DNA of 64,000 nucleotides from Balanoglossus misakiensis (lineage: Eukaryota > Animalia > Hemichordata): positions 15,918,998-15,982,997 of the forward strand of contig CM082578.2 of NCBI GenBank assembly GCA_040954595.2. The letters are read 5' to 3'. The stretch's first letter is position 1, and every line of letters begins with the position of its first letter. The notes beneath the pieces were generated by a model that made no database searches, was not told where the DNA came from, and worked only from the letters and a program-made list of their open reading frames with translations. The position numbers and the translations under genes were made by a program. Below are positions 32,701-48,700 of this stretch, one piece after another.

Positions 32701-35700
32701 GCTTACATTCACAGATATCGCCCATACGACAGACTGCATTCTCGTTGCATTCTGGACTGCAGACTGGTGGCGGAAAGACTGGAACCTCACAATATGTACC
32801 AGCCCAGCCATGATTACAGAAACATGAACCATCACCAGTCATGCCATCCACACAAAGCCCGTTTTCTGAACATTGACAAGCTGAAAAAAGTACACAGTGT
32901 CATTCAGATTATTGTAACACTGAAATATTAAGTGGATGCATAGAATTCACTATCAACTTTCCTTTCCATTTCTTCAAATGTAATTCATTTCTAGGAGCTA
33001 CGTAATATCTGTAACAATTGTATTGTTTCGCAATATATTTTGTCCTGTTGGCATTTGTTGTTGCAAAACAAACTGAATTACTAGAAGAGATGAATAGTGA
33101 CTCACCTTGGCACTGTCGTCCGTAGTAACCAGGCTGACACATCTCACAAGCACTGCCAGAAAATCCCGGAAGACATAAACATGATCCATTGTTGTTGTGT
33201 CCATCAAAACAAGTACCGTGTCCACTGCATGGATTGCGTGTCCCTCCAGGGCATTCTGTGACAAAATGATTATGGGGAGTAAGAAACAAGCTCTTCTCTG
33301 ACAGTAAAACTATTATAAATAAGGCATAACTTCTAATTTTACCACGGATCTACATCTGAAGTGTTCGCAATGTATTATTGGTACCTGCAGTCACAAATGA
33401 TATAAAATGTGTGGGGAACCCCCTAAAAGTATGCAAATGCCAGTAGAGTTGGCAAATGTATTCATACCTCTGCAGTCTGCTCCATAATGGTTGTCACAGC
33501 AATGTGGTTCAATCTCGTGCATCGTGCATTGTTGCCGGCAGCCATTTCTTGGGTTATACCAAGCAACTACATATCTACAATTTTGCAAAACTGGACCCTG
33601 TGAAAGATAAAAGCAATGTTTGATTCAATACAGAAATAGTTGGAGGGACTGGAGTTATACCGGTACTTGTCAGTAATTCTGAGAAATGTGATGACTGCAA
33701 TAAGACCAGTGCATTTAAAATATCGAATAAGATGTAATTATCTTACCACAGGTCTGCTTCCAGGGGGACAGATAGGTGGAAAACTACAACTTCTGCAGGC
33801 AGTCTATGTAGATAAAGAAGAAAATGTTGTTGTCTCACTCTGTTAAAACGTTATTGTCTTAATTCTTTAAAATGTTGCCAAAAGTTTGAAAATCTTATAC
33901 ACTATCTGCCATAACCCATGATATTCTGTCGCACAATAAATTTGTACACAACGCAAAGTCCCAATGCAAGGAGAAAACTTTATGACCTCTGTGTCAAAGT
34001 TCAAATCTTGACCTCACATGCACTCACCATTACTGTCCTGTTGGTAACTATATCACATCTCCCTCCAATGCTGGGCGGTTCCAACACTCTGTCAATTCCA
34101 TGTACAATTCCTCCTCTGTAATACATGGATCTCTGTACCACACGACTATCACCTTCATTCACGTATATGTCACCCTGAACAGAGAATTGAAATGGTCATC
34201 AAAATCAACAAGAGATGAACACTGAGATGGGAATTACCGGTAATTAACAAGAACAGAAAAAAATCACGAATACTGCCAGACATGTATAAATGTAGAAACC
34301 CTTAGGTGTCTTGTATGGCTTCACGTTAGAATCCAAGTTCAATGCTCGTAACAAATGAATTTAAATGTATGCAATCAAAACAAACATGTATGGAAGACTA
34401 GTAAAAACAGATATCTGGTGATAAACATAGTAAAATGAAATTTTGTACTAATTTACCTGGTTTCCCCAACATCCTACAGAAATGTCAGATCCTTGCATTG
34501 TTGTCAGGTCACCGGCAACCATCAAGTCTTGTGGTGTAAGCTGCACACAAAAATATCAGGTGAGATTTAAAGACTTAGATTTTGTTTGCAGAATGTCAAT
34601 GTCCTTGTCACAGTTCAATGACTGTCTTTATCTTCGGGATAACAACATATAACTGGCCTAGTTTTATGCAGGGGAAAAGGCATCAAAAAAGATGGAATTT
34701 ACATGAGACCAGTATCCCGGCAAATTACCTTTCTATCTCTGATCATATGATATTTTAAATATTCAGTGAGTGTTCCCTGTCCGTCTCTCAGCTCACTCAG
34801 CTTTCCGTCGGGCAAGAAACTGAAGGCTTCATCCGTTGGCATAAAGATGGTGAAGGGAGTGTGAAGAGGATCCAACACCAGACGAGTCAAACCAGCCTCT
34901 GTTAACAGCTGACCGAAGCGGTTGTATCCGAGCATCTGTGCCAAATCTTGCAATGTTGGTGCTACCATTGGTTCGCCGAGCTGTGAAAAGTGAGACAACT
35001 CTATTATGAAAACCTTTTTAAAACTACTTGGCAATGATCATCTCTTGTATCAGTATAGTTACGCACTGGAGTATACCGTACAAAGCAACACACAAGTTGA
35101 CTACACAAACCACAGCAGAAAATAGATGATAATTGCAGACAATTTAGCAGTGTCTATATAAATAAACAAATCATATAAGACTGGCAAAGACAGTGCATGA
35201 CTGATTAAGAACTTCCAATGATAAATAATCAAAATAAGCTTGATCAATGGATATGTTCATACACAGCTCAGAGTATGGTCATGAATGAAAACATTTTCTA
35301 CATATTAATCTTACATGAAATGGATCATCATCATCGTCGTCATCATCATCACTCAGACCAGGTGGAAGTCTGTGGTCCTCCTCGCTATTTGGAGGTCCAT
35401 GATCTTCTTGGCTATTCGGGGGTCTATGGTCATCTCTATCGGGAGGATAGTTTGTGTCTTCTTTAGGAGATGTCAGTGTCTCAGGCACCAGGATCTCACT
35501 GATCTCATGAATCACTCCATTGAAGGTCAATAATTCATTGGAAACAATGGCTTTTCCATTCAGTATAAGAGAGTCCTGAACAGAAAGACACATTTCAGAA
35601 TCGGTGCGGTTTTATAGATATTTTGCCACAGTATTTGTCACCCCCTCCCCCTCTCAACACCATTTCATTCTTTATTTCTTGTAAAAGTTTACTGACCAAT

Positions 35701-38700
35701 CAGGTGATGAGAAATGATGCCAAAAATGCAATCCTTATATTTCAAGGATTCAACATATCTATGTGTGAATTCAGATCTGAAATCCGCTATAGCATTTACC
35801 TGTATGTTGGTGATATAAATGGGGTTTCCATTGAGTGACGTCAGGGAGTTTAATGTCTGCATGTCAGACAGTGTCGCTGTTACACAACCAACAATGTGAT
35901 ATTCTAAGATCGCCTGGATCTGTCCATCTTCACGCCAACGATTCAACTAGATGAGACAAGAAATACACACAAAAGAACCAATGTTAGCATGTCAAAGAGA
36001 ATGAATTAACACATAAGGTAATCATTTTGGAGGTATTAGAAAACGTTAATACTTTGATTGTCAGGATTGTACTCACCTGTCCCGGGTTTTCATCTTCCAA
36101 TCGGCGGAAAGCCTCATTATTGGGTACAAACACTGTGAATGTTGCGGAATTCATGAAAACACGGACATCATCCATCTGTATGCAAAGAGATGCAGATATG
36201 ATCATAAAACATGAATGATATATCCTCAAGAATACAAAGCGGTGCACTGTACAATATAAGTCAATATCCTTATCTATAAACATACATAGCATGGGAGCAT
36301 AACATTTTTGAACTTACCACACTATGGAGAAGAGAATTGAATGCTGTATAATCTTGATACCTGCCCATTTCCTGATATAAAAAAACAAATCAAAGAGAAA
36401 AATCCAGTGATATCTTACCTACAATTTACAATGTTTATACAAGAGCCCTCCACTAATAGCTACCACGTGAGTTTTCTTGATTTCTGTAAATTTTATGCTA
36501 GAGACAAGACTAGAGATCCAAGCTTTTCTGACTTAAGAAGAAGATGGTAACCATGCTTTCTTCTCTTGCAAGAACTGAAATGTTTGGAGAACTCTCATTT
36601 TTCTGCAAATCTATCCCCGAGATGTGTTCCACTTTAAACCTACCTCCAAAATATTACCAACGCATGTAAAACCATCGCCAAAGTATCGATCCCAGCAGGT
36701 GCAATCTCTTTGGTTTGGTCCAATAGGGATACAAGAAGCAAAAATACTACAACCACCATTTTCAATCTCACATGCATTCTGTTCCTGGCAGAGAACTAAG
36801 CCATCGCCCTGGTAACCAGCCAAACATCTACACGCCCTCTGTTGGAAAAAGGAAGAGAACAAAAAAATTAATGAATCTACCAATCAGCGAGGAAGAATTG
36901 ATTACTATGGTAACAATACAAAACAGTGAGTACTTACCATGTTAATGCCAGTGATGACACACTCAGCGTTCTCATGGCAACCACCATTGTTATCACTGCA
37001 CAGATCAATTTCTGTGGATGAAGAGAAACAATTATAGATGTCAAACTTAATATAGTTCACAATTTTATCACTTGAAGAAAGGAGCAAAGTATCAAATTGG
37101 GTTTATTTCTTTAATAATGTGTGTATTTGTGTGGTTTCTTGTATGCGTCTATCTCGGTGACTTCTGTATTTCAGGAGAGTTTCTCTCTCTCTCACTCTGT
37201 AAATTCCTTCTGTACAGCTTCATCCAGCTTAACTCAATATCAAGTTCTGATATTACCTTGACAGTAAACACCATCCCCAGAGTATCCATCAAGACACTGA
37301 CATATTCTGCTGCCAGCTACATTCATACACGAGGCAAATTCTGAACAACCACCATTGTTATCACCACACAGATCTTGAACTGAATAGTAAAAGAAAGTTT
37401 TACAATGTTTTAGATATATAATCATACATGTAATTATCTCTCCTGGTTACAAGATCTACTATAAGTAGCAAAAAAATTCACCGAAAAGAATTGTGTGCTT
37501 ACCAATACATGTTTGTCCATCACCATGGAAACCATTCCTGCAAACACACCCAGGTTGTGTACCAACTACCACACAGCTGTCAAAAATAAAAACACAAACT
37601 GGTGACTCGACTTATTCAACTGGTAAATATCCATTGCAATCAGAGAAGTATATCCTTATCTGCAGTATCGTGTTTTGAAAAGAAGTTGACGATATAAATT
37701 AATTCAAAATGCAAATTTCTGAGTGATCTGGATTCATATGTACTTACAGAGCATTAGAGTCACATGGCATGGGACAATTATCAATTTCTGGCAGAAGAAC
37801 AGCTGTAGATTCAGAGAGAAACGGAAACACCAAATTAAAATGGAGAAGTAAATTAAAACGCTCATGTTGTCAGTCACCATTTAACCTAAAAACTCATCCA
37901 TGTTCTAGACAACAAAGGACTTAGCATATCAATGAATTGGAAAGATTTGGAGAGCTATCACTTCTTTGAAAATCTATCCCTGAGGTGTGTACTATCTTAA
38001 TCAGAGTAAGAACCGCCTTTTTTAAAAACTTACCCTGATCACAGACTGCTCCAGCCCATCCATCATAACAAAGACACATCACAGAATCACTTGAACTGGA
38101 AAAACAGATTCCATGAACACATGGACATGCTAAAAATAAGAAAATGATGAAAATTAAGAGTGATTGTAGATACTTTTAACTTTGGTGGTGTTCAATGAAG
38201 GAGGGTTAAGGGACAGGAGAATTTTGGGTGATATTTTCAATGAACTCGTTTCTGAATTGGCAATAATATGATTTTTTGCATAGAGTGTAATGTATGCTAA
38301 TCTGGAATAAGATTTTTTTGCATAGAGTCTAATGTATACTGATCTGAAATGTATAAAAGCATGATGAGAAGTTTACAATTCACCAGAAGGAAGCAAGTAA
38401 CTCACCTTGGTTGCACTTATCACCATAGAAACCCTGAACACACGTCTCACAAGCTGTACCGGTGAAATTTGGTTGACATGAACAGGTACCGTTGCCACCA
38501 ATACCGTCATTACAGAAACCATTGCCACTGCACGGTAAAACTGCTCCACCAGGGCATGCTGGGAAAAATAAATCATGTTTATCAAACAGGTTCAAGGTAT
38601 TAAACATCAGCTCTACAGATTCTGGCATAGTTCATATATACTGGAAGATCTGAGATCCTCTCCATTCTTCCATTCTTGAGCGAAGAGGACAGCAAACAAT

Positions 38701-41700
38701 AACAAGGTGGATGACATGTGAAAGACATAGCACCTCCAGCTATGGATCTCTCAGTCTATCTTTCATGCAAACATTCCAAAAACTTTCTACCGTAACAACA
38801 ACTTATTTAATATTTACTCACCTAGGCATGATTGGCCATAAAATCCGCTACAACAATTTGGAGTCTGAAAAAGATAAAAGGAATTGCAGTGTTATATTTA
38901 ACAGCCCTACATCAATGGGGACAAAAACTCAACTCTCAACAGACAGAATATTTTCAAGGCAGCTTACATATTGAGTTTTGAGACACTGCACTTGGCAGCC
39001 ATCATTCCAATAAGTCCTTCCACGGATTTGTCTGGTGTATCGACAGTTGATCTGCAGCCCTTCTGGCGGAATCTGTTAAATATGGGTATATCATAATTTA
39101 TTTCACATTCAATTTTTTGTTCAATCAGCAATTAAATTTTCCAAGTAGATGCGAAACATTTTACAGCTAAAAGAAGTATCTTGCACATGAAGAATATGCT
39201 GTCACTTACTATTGGAGTGTAACCATCAGGGCATGAGGGCGGAGAAGAGCAGACTGTGCAGGAACTCTGCAAATAAAAAATATATCAATAACACATCACA
39301 ATTTATTTCTTGTAATTGTTTGAGACACTCGTGTAATTTAAGGTAGTACGTACCTCGAAAATCACAGTCTTAAACTTCTTCTCATATTTTGATTTTCTCT
39401 CTTAAAGTAACTTGTAAGGTTCATGACTCACCGGTACAGATGAGGTATGATTGAGATCACATCTATTGGATGTAACATCTAGTACTTTGCTTATGCCATG
39501 TATGACACCTTTGTCCGTCTGAAGGTCTGGTTCCACAATGAAAGCTTGACCGTTGATCATAATCTGCAAATTCACAGAAGTGATCGCATCAGCACTACAA
39601 ATCACACTTTACAATGGAAACTGCCATGTTTTCTTCTGTTCAGCCACATGAGGTATTGTTTATTTTTTGCAAATGATCTACATTGCAAAGGAAAAACATT
39701 CTCTTGAAAGTAGAATAATGTGGTTGGTACTGGCATAATAGTGACTTGAAAACTTACTTCATTTTGACGATTACTAAAAGTGAGTTGAAAATTGTGACCC
39801 AGTAGGGTTGAGTGATGAAAGCCATCTTGCAGATCAACTGAGTAAAACTTCTCATCAGGAATGATGTGATACATTATAACTGTTGGCATCTGAAAAGTGA
39901 AAACCAAATGAATATCAACAATAATTCACAACACTACGCAAGTTTCAGACTATCCTTTGAAGACAGACAGTAATTTCACCATACTGTGTGAGGTAACGGT
40001 CAAATTTTGACTTTCTCTAAGTTTTGATGATGAGCAGCAATAACTACAAGCCACATGGGGAATTATCCTATCCTGTTTAATTATTTTTATTTGCCATTTT
40101 GGAAATGTACGTGATTACGAAGTACTTTTACAGAGGATTGATGGTAAACAGGACTCACCAACTGAAACTTCTGTTCTTCTGAGAGTGCACTGAAAGCATC
40201 GTTGTTTGGTACGAAGATCGTATACTCTCTTAGACCAGCAAGTGTGACATCCAAGCCATAGTCCTGAAATATTTCAAAACAACATGAATACTCCTTGAGT
40301 ATCGTAAAAAAGAGCATGCAATGATGAACCTGTATGGAGCGGTTAATTATTATTGAAATGATATTTATCTTCTGTTACATTGAACAGTTCAGTCCAATTC
40401 TCATCAAAATAATAATCTTGTTAACTTATGAGCACTAGTTTCAGTCACTTCTCTTTTACAGTAACACATGCAAGTTTTCCCCAAAATATATTTCGGGGGG
40501 GGGGGGGGGGGGGGGCATACATTATGAGGATATGAGGAGTGATCAAAAAGTTGAGTTTATAAATGACAATTATTTTTTTTGTTAATTTATACAAGGCAAA
40601 ATCAACAGAAGTGGCCATTATCACAATGCAGAGATGATCAAAGTTGATTGGACATGCAGTGTACCAACCACAAGAGTCTCTCGGAATTTAGAGTAGAAAG
40701 TATTTTCTTCAAAGAATTCATCCAGGGTTGGAGGAGGAACCCAAACTTTAGACATGGGAGGTAACAACACCTAGAAAGCATGAAAACAAAAGATAGACAG
40801 ACAAGTATTAAAATCCAAGTTCAAAACGAGTATATATCTCACCCAGATTGCCTCCAGAAATCTGGAATAATCTTCTCTCGCTGTTAGAATGTCCCACACA
40901 GTCGGCAAAGACAAGTGTGGAGTGAAGGGAGGGATTAAAACCTGGAAGATTGTCAAAAATAGGATTGAATAATATTGCAATCATCCACAGTCCCGAGTCA
41001 TATTTTTCACAGTATCACACACTCTACAACCATTTTTTTATAAACATTTCAATAATGACAGGTCATAAACCAAATTTTAAAAAAAATCCTGATCTACTGT
41101 GGGTGTGAGATTGTTCTCCAACCATCCAATCAACCAGCAATCCTACCTTATCTATCAGGTGGATAATTCCATTTGTTGCAGGGAGGTTTGCCGTAACAAT
41201 ACGTGCACCATCAATTAATAATTCCTGGAGAGCAAGAGAGGGAGGGAGAGAGAGAGAAATCTTTCATTTAACACTGTATATCGGTATAGTGAAGGACTGT
41301 GACTGAAAATAGTATCAAGTAGAAACCACAGATGCATACAGACGATATTTACCCCATGGTTGACTGTAATCATCACATCTGCATCACTGAGAATTGTGGC
41401 CATCGGTCCTTCTCCTCGATCTACTAGATCCTCATAACTCCATGCACCATTTAAAATATGATAGCTGTAAAATGACCATGTAACACTCATTACACTTGGT
41501 TACGACTAAAACCAGTACAGTTAAAATGAAGTGAATTATTTTTTGCCATAATTTCTAACTAGTACACTGGTTTAAAGAATGTTACATGTATTCAGAGAGG
41601 AAAAAATGCCTAATAAAACAACTATCTCTTGACTATTCTAATGTGAAGTTTTGAAGTTTCACAAGCACAATCTAACCAAACTTTTCATTTTAGGAGATGA

Positions 41701-42739
41701 ACACAAAACACTAATTATGGCAGATGAAATGTCAGTTGTCGTCAAGGAAACTGACCTAACACAGGTAGCTGCATTATTCTCACTAAACCAAGTATTTTGA
41801 TCATCTGCAGACATGTCATCAAATGCCTCATTGATGGGCGCAAATAATGTCACATTGAAAGATTGGTCTGTCAGTCTTCTGTCCATGCCAGACACCTGGA
41901 AAGATGTGAAAGCAACATTTATTAGTGGTTGATTCCAAGGGAAAATGTGCTCTCTGCAGGCATGTCTCAGTAAGCAAATGTGAAGTTTGGGTTTATCATA
42001 CGAGTATTTTGAATAGAGATGTCTCGAAAGACAGCCTCAATTGAACACACAAATCTCACCTGGCATAATCGCAAGAGTTGAGTCAAGGATGGACTTTCTG
42101 CAACTTCCTAAAAGATTAAAGGTTAATAGGTTTATAAGTAACTGTTCTTGCATTTCAAAGTTCTTTTATGAGACAAAACTTGAACATGGAGTTGTTTACA
42201 AAACTTGCAATATTGTATTAATCAGTTTGTTGGTTTAAGTCACTATACTACGAATCAAAATGTATGATAAAACGTTTTTTTTTCTAAACCATTTTAAAGA
42301 ATCATTCACCCTGAAATGATAGTCTCGGAAAATATCAAATATCACTGTCAAGCCTTATATATCTTACCACACCAATACTGCTGAAACAGACATAGCCATT
42401 TCCAACAAAACCTGCATTGCAAGTACACATATTGATGCCTGCTCCGGTCGATACGCAGGAGGCCTACAAGAAAAGAGAAACTGTCAATGTCATGGCAACC
42501 ACAAAATCATTTCAGACAGAACTAGTTTCATTTCAGTGCCCTCAATGACAGTACAAGAAGTGATCATTTTTGTGTCTCAAAGCTAGTTGATTGTGCATGG
42601 TAGTTAGTGTCTACTTACATGTCTATGGCAACCACCATAATTATTCAGGCATGAGTTGATTGCAGTACAACGTATACCGTCTCCCATATAGCCTTCATAA
42701 CAGTTACATTCGCTCTGCGAAACAAATGTTAGTGGGACC

Positions 42740-42776
<37 letters not shown>

Positions 42777-45700
42777 TACCATCATTATCATCACCAAATG
42801 AGGTTTTAATATTTTGTTTTCATTATTAATGGTTTAATCTTTAGGCAAAATTGATTACAAGCCTATAACTGTTGTCAAGATGTTGCAATACCTGTCCAGG
42901 GCCAGTGTATGTACATTGTGCATTGGCGTCGCAACCGCCGTACGTTGACAGCTGACAGTTGTCAACAGGTAAACAGACAATACCATCTCCAAACCATCCA
43001 TTGATGCATTCACATCTGCTTGTACCAGGTCCTGTGTATACACATTCTGCCTAAAAATGCAAAATGAAAATAAAAATAAATTGAAGATGGTTACCAACAA
43101 TTTAACTTATCATATGTTTGCAGACTTTCCTCACAGGCAAAAGAATTTGAATGAAAACATCTCCCATTGCAAACATGAGCTAAAAATAATTAGTTGTCTT
43201 TTAGACCAAAACAGTTATCACTTTTCATAGAAAAAAGGGAAATGTAGCCCTCCCTGTACCACAAAGACACGCGTCAGATCAAGAACACAATAATAACAAT
43301 AACAAATAAACTGGTCAACAAACTGAACTATACTTACTTCCACATGGCATCCTCCCCTGTTAGGCTTCGTACACGGATCGATGGGAAGACAAGCGTAACC
43401 ATCTCCTTCATATCCGACATTACAAACGCAACGGATGGTGTCTGTGATTTCACACTGGGCATGGGCATGGGCGTGGCACTGGTCCAGGTCCGGTCCACAG
43501 GGATGCACAAATTCCTCACAGTTCTCACCAACGTAACCATGGCTACATGAGCGAGGGTTGCATTTACCATCACCACTAGGGCCATCGTTGCAAACTCCGT
43601 TCAGGCAAGTACACACTGAATGTATAGCAACAACAAAAATTTGATAATTTACAACTATCAATCTGCTGTCTCTTCAAGAAAAAATCAGGGTCTACCAAAA
43701 AAACATGATGGCCGTGTCTCTGGGTCAGAATCATGTTCAACCAAAATTTTCCAATGTACATTCTTATTTTGCTGGAGGTAACATAAAATTAAATGGACTG
43801 TCTAGAGATTATCTATGACCGCAAATGTGCGAGTCACTTTTACCAGTGCACAACAAGTGGTCGAGACACCTGTACAGATCTCTTTACATGTGTATACTGT
43901 TTTGACAATTTGACAACTTTAGTCAAACCTAGATGACTCTGAAAAACGTTTACTATTACCTTGTGTACAGTTTTCTCCAAAGTGGTTTTCTTCACAGAGT
44001 TCACAGGCTGTTCCAATGAAACCAGGAATACACACACATGTACCATTATTGCTTATACCATCCATACACTGAAAGGCCAAGAACACTTTCCCTTTTAATT
44101 GGTTCATCAGTATAAACATGCACAGGGTTAAGAAAGGCTTAGACAAACACCAAAAGATAGTAGCATCTGTCAGTTAGAATTTCAATACATTCATACTCTT
44201 GAAATTATCCAGTACACTAACCTGACCGTTGTTGTTACAAGGAGTCACAAACCCTCCAGGACATGGCAAACAAGATTCACCATAGAAACCACTGCAACAC
44301 TGGGGAATCTGATCAATGATAGAACATAACAATTATTTTTCAGTGTGATATATAGTACCCGGTACCCTAAAATAACCACCAAAAATACAATTATGACATG
44401 TTTTTTACACATGAACACACAAAGCACTTTACTTACACTGGGAGTGCCTGTCTGTGTTATATCACATCGATGGCTCACCAAAGGCATAATGCTTGGTGGA
44501 ATTAACAAACCATCAATATAATGGATATAACCATTTCTGGCCAATATGTCTGACTGAGTGATATTGATAGAATTGCTGCTGTTCACTGGATCCTCAATCT
44601 GGATCAATCCCTGTTGAAAAATTACAAACAGCAAGTTGTCATCAATTAAACAGTCTATGCTAGTTATTGGAATCAAATAACCTGGACTCGAAATGAAACG
44701 ATATGTACGAGCAAAGCCCATTATACTTGTAATGTTAACTGCCATATTGGAACCTACATACTGAGTTTAAGATTGAGATACTTTGCAAAACAGAGAGTCG
44801 GTGCTAGCAAACTACATTGACGAAAAACCCACCTCTGGATTGGTCGAGGCAGTCATCGTGGTCCTTTCAGATGATGTGAATCTTAATTGCATCAGCAAAT
44901 CAGCTGCTGAAATCTAATATCAAAAACAACATTTAACATAAAATGTAAATTATGTACCAGTACACATGATGATTATTAGTTTATTAATACTCATAAAAAT
45001 TCCAGCTTGGCAAATGTGGTCACATATATTTACATGTAATCAAAGAAAATTTGACATCAATGCTCAAAAATCTTTTAGATTCCTGTTAATGTTCACTTTC
45101 AAGAACAAAATGACAGGTTCTTACCATGGAGCCTGTAATGATGTGATTTTGTAGTAACTGTATTAACTTCACCCTTCCCTGCAATGGTAAGAAAGGCACA
45201 AATAATTATAGTGATAATGAATTAGCTTCATTAGATAAATAGTGTGTACAAGGACATCAATAATGTGAAGTTGCTAGGGTCATAGAAACACATAGCCCAA
45301 TGTGAACTTCTCCAGTCTGATATCTGGGTGAAGTGTGTGGTCGATAGAAGCTGTCCAGGTTGGCACTGTCAGGCCAGGGTTAAACTGCACATATTAAAAC
45401 CAGATTTGAACTGACTAAGCTCACCTCTCTTGTTGTAAAATAATCCAGTGTACCTGGTAATAACGTATCAAATGCGTTGTTCTTTGGTGCAAAAACAGTA
45501 AATGGTCCTTCGCTGTCATGAGTCAATGATGTCAAATCTGCCTCCTATGTAAGAATCAAAGTAAATAATTTAGAATTCATCAGGAAGGAACGCCAGAACT
45601 CTCTGTTGCCTTGGCAACAAAAACATTGTCAGTCTGATGAATCTGATGAGATGCTGAGATGTAAAGAAAATATGATGAATCAGGACTATGAGAGAGTAGA

Positions 45701-48700
45701 GCTGAACTTCAGAATACTTTACCTCCATCATTCCTTGCAGTCGATTAAAAAGTCCTTCATGTGCTATCAATTCAGAGATTGATTTCTAGTGGGGGAAAAA
45801 GAAACATCAAAATTACAACATGGTCATCTCAGGCATTGATAAACTACAGAAGATGATCCAATCTCATACCTACCAGAATTGCAGAGGAGGTGCATTATAA
45901 CATGCTGAGTAATCTGATTTGTATTATTATAGCATAACAATCTCCCAATACTTACACGATTATCACTTGCAACTCTCGGTTCAGTGTACATAATCTTATC
46001 AATGACATGAATCAAACCATTAAGAGCTGGCAGATTCACATTCACCATCTTGGCTTTGTTCGATGCACCTTTCACTCGGTATCTCATCAGAGTTGGATCC
46101 TAAAAGTGACAGCGAAAACAGAATTTTGTTGATGCACTATAGTTGATCCTAATTTTTTTTATGATTGAAACATCGCGCTCTATGGTCAGATAACCACAGC
46201 AGTTTTCATTGCACAAAGGGGTTTACATAACAACAGGATGTTCAAAATATTCCAAAATTAATCTGCAAACCCGTATCTATACTGTGGGTATCTGGGAGAA
46301 TAATGCTTACCCTATCACTGTATGTGGCCACTGCTGGCATTCCAGTCAGTGTGTAAATCAAATCTGTGGCATTCAATTGGTCTGTGTCCAGTCGAGCTGG
46401 GATGATGTGCAAACCATAGAGATACCGTGCAAACTCAGGCTCGTCCCTGGCACTTGCTATTATCTGCAACGATAAAATGACAGGAATTACTTACAAAACA
46501 TTGGCAAGAGTTCCCAAGTTTATCATAATAGTTTTTTTTAACTATTCTATTCTATTGGAACATAGTAGCTTAGTATAGCAGTACTTGTTAGGAAACATCA
46601 AAATTATAGTTTCCTGAAACACTAAATCTCCGTCACAGTTTTGCCATTAACAGTGCACTTTGAAATGTTATCTATACATCAATAAATATTACTTATAGTT
46701 TATCTCATATTTTCCCAGACGAACCAAAAGTAAATATCAAAAAAAGACAACAAACTTACGTCACGGTCAGCTCTGCTAAATGCGTTGTCATTGGGAACAA
46801 ATACAGTAAATGGCCCTGTGTTCATCAGCATTGCACCATGGACTTGTTGAAATGACGTGATGGCATTTCTAAGTTGACCGTACAAAGGTCCTGTTGAATC
46901 TGCATTCAGTGTGAGTAATTGCTGTGAAATAGGACACAACTTTCAAGTTAGCCATTTCATACATCTCAAGTAGCATTAGCAGATTTTGGTAATTATCAGA
47001 GAACTTTTCGAACATTGTCCTGCAAGTAATCCCAAATCTAGCCCTTCATCACTCAAGAATATTCATATCAACTGGAAGTGTACAACAGTGTACAGTTGCT
47101 TTGTCTAGCTAAATGTATGCATCCTTATACGCATATGAAATCTATATTATAGTTTACCTGAATAATATTTCCATAACAAGTGTAGCCATCACCCATATAT
47201 CCATCTTTACAATTACACTGAATCTCATAAGGTCCAACCATCACACAGTCTGCATTCTCGTGGCAGTCGGTTCTTCGCGGACAAATGTTGACATAAGCAC
47301 AGCCAACAGTTTCTCTGAAATTCTCATAGCCCCATTTGCATTCGCAGTGAGACTGGAGAAAAACAAAATAGGAGATTGTTATGCCACAAACAAACCATCT
47401 AAGGTCAACATTCTTTCTTACTTTTTGAACTAAACTGACTTCAGTGAATGTCACTATAAGTATTACACATCTAACTGATTGCTCATTCTCAAAATTACAC
47501 TTCTCTGGTACAGCAATTGATATAAGAGATTCTCCCCTTTTCCAATTACCTGTCCCGGGCCATCAAACACACAACTTGTTGAGTTTGTAGGGCATCCACC
47601 AAAGTCTGTGTTACAGGGATTAATAGGTGTACACATGAAATGACCATCTCCCCTATAGCCAGCATTACAAGTACAGCTATGTTGATTTGGACCTGTATGA
47701 GAACAGGTAGCCTCCGCATGGCACATGGTGGAATTCAATGTACAAGGGTTGATTTCTGTGGATTATAATAAAATTGATGATATCAGTTTCCTCAACTATT
47801 CACATTTCGTAAGAAAACCCAAGACATCATTATACCATATACAGCCTGTATACTTATCTAATCTCAATGTTATTCAAGGAAAACAGAAATGTTGTGAGGA
47901 CACACTGATAAGAAATATCAACTTTGGTGTCAAGTTTCATTTCAGAAACTTCAAATCTGAAGACGAAAAAGTGAAATATCACAGAACAAGAACCTACAAT
48001 AACTTAAGAATCAGTTTCAACCACATTGTGTATCCAGCAAGTCAAGGGATTGGAATAATGGTAAAATATTTACCCATGCAAGTTGCAGTTTCTTCGTTTG
48101 CTAGGTAACCATCATCACATCGACAGACAAACCTCATCCCATTGTCTGTCACTTGATGGCAGTGTGAATGATCAGCGCAGTTGACTTGCTTACATTCCTC
48201 GCTCACTTGGTGGTTGAAAAAAAAATAGTGTCAAGAACACAGTGCTCCCATTTTCAAAATTGTTACATGAAAAAAGCGATATAAATGCATACTTATAGTT
48301 TGACTCATGCCAATCAATCAGTCATGATTTATTTTTGAAAACCAAACCCCAAGAAGCAGTGTCTTAGAAACAGACTTTTTGACAATACTCACTTTCTGTA
48401 CATCTTTCTCCAAAGTAACCTGCAAGACATAAACAATGACCTTGCCCTTGGATGCCAGCATCACAAATGCCATAAACACAGTCACACTCTGGAACAAAGA
48501 AAGAAAGAAAGAAAGGTAGCATAAATGGTAAAGATGCATACTCTAATCATACTTTTTAAAATCTTCTGACGCTGTAACCTTAAAATCAAATTTTCATAGT
48601 TAAAACATACCTGATGCACAGTCTTGCCCATAATGATTATCCCTCAAACACCTGTCACAGGTTTCGCCTCCAAAGTTCTCCAAACAGTTACAAGAACCAT

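Noticed and set aside
39338-39405. TTAA-GGTAG-starting fragment resembling a DNA transposon end
   Set aside because: No matching opposite terminus or clear second copy in the window.
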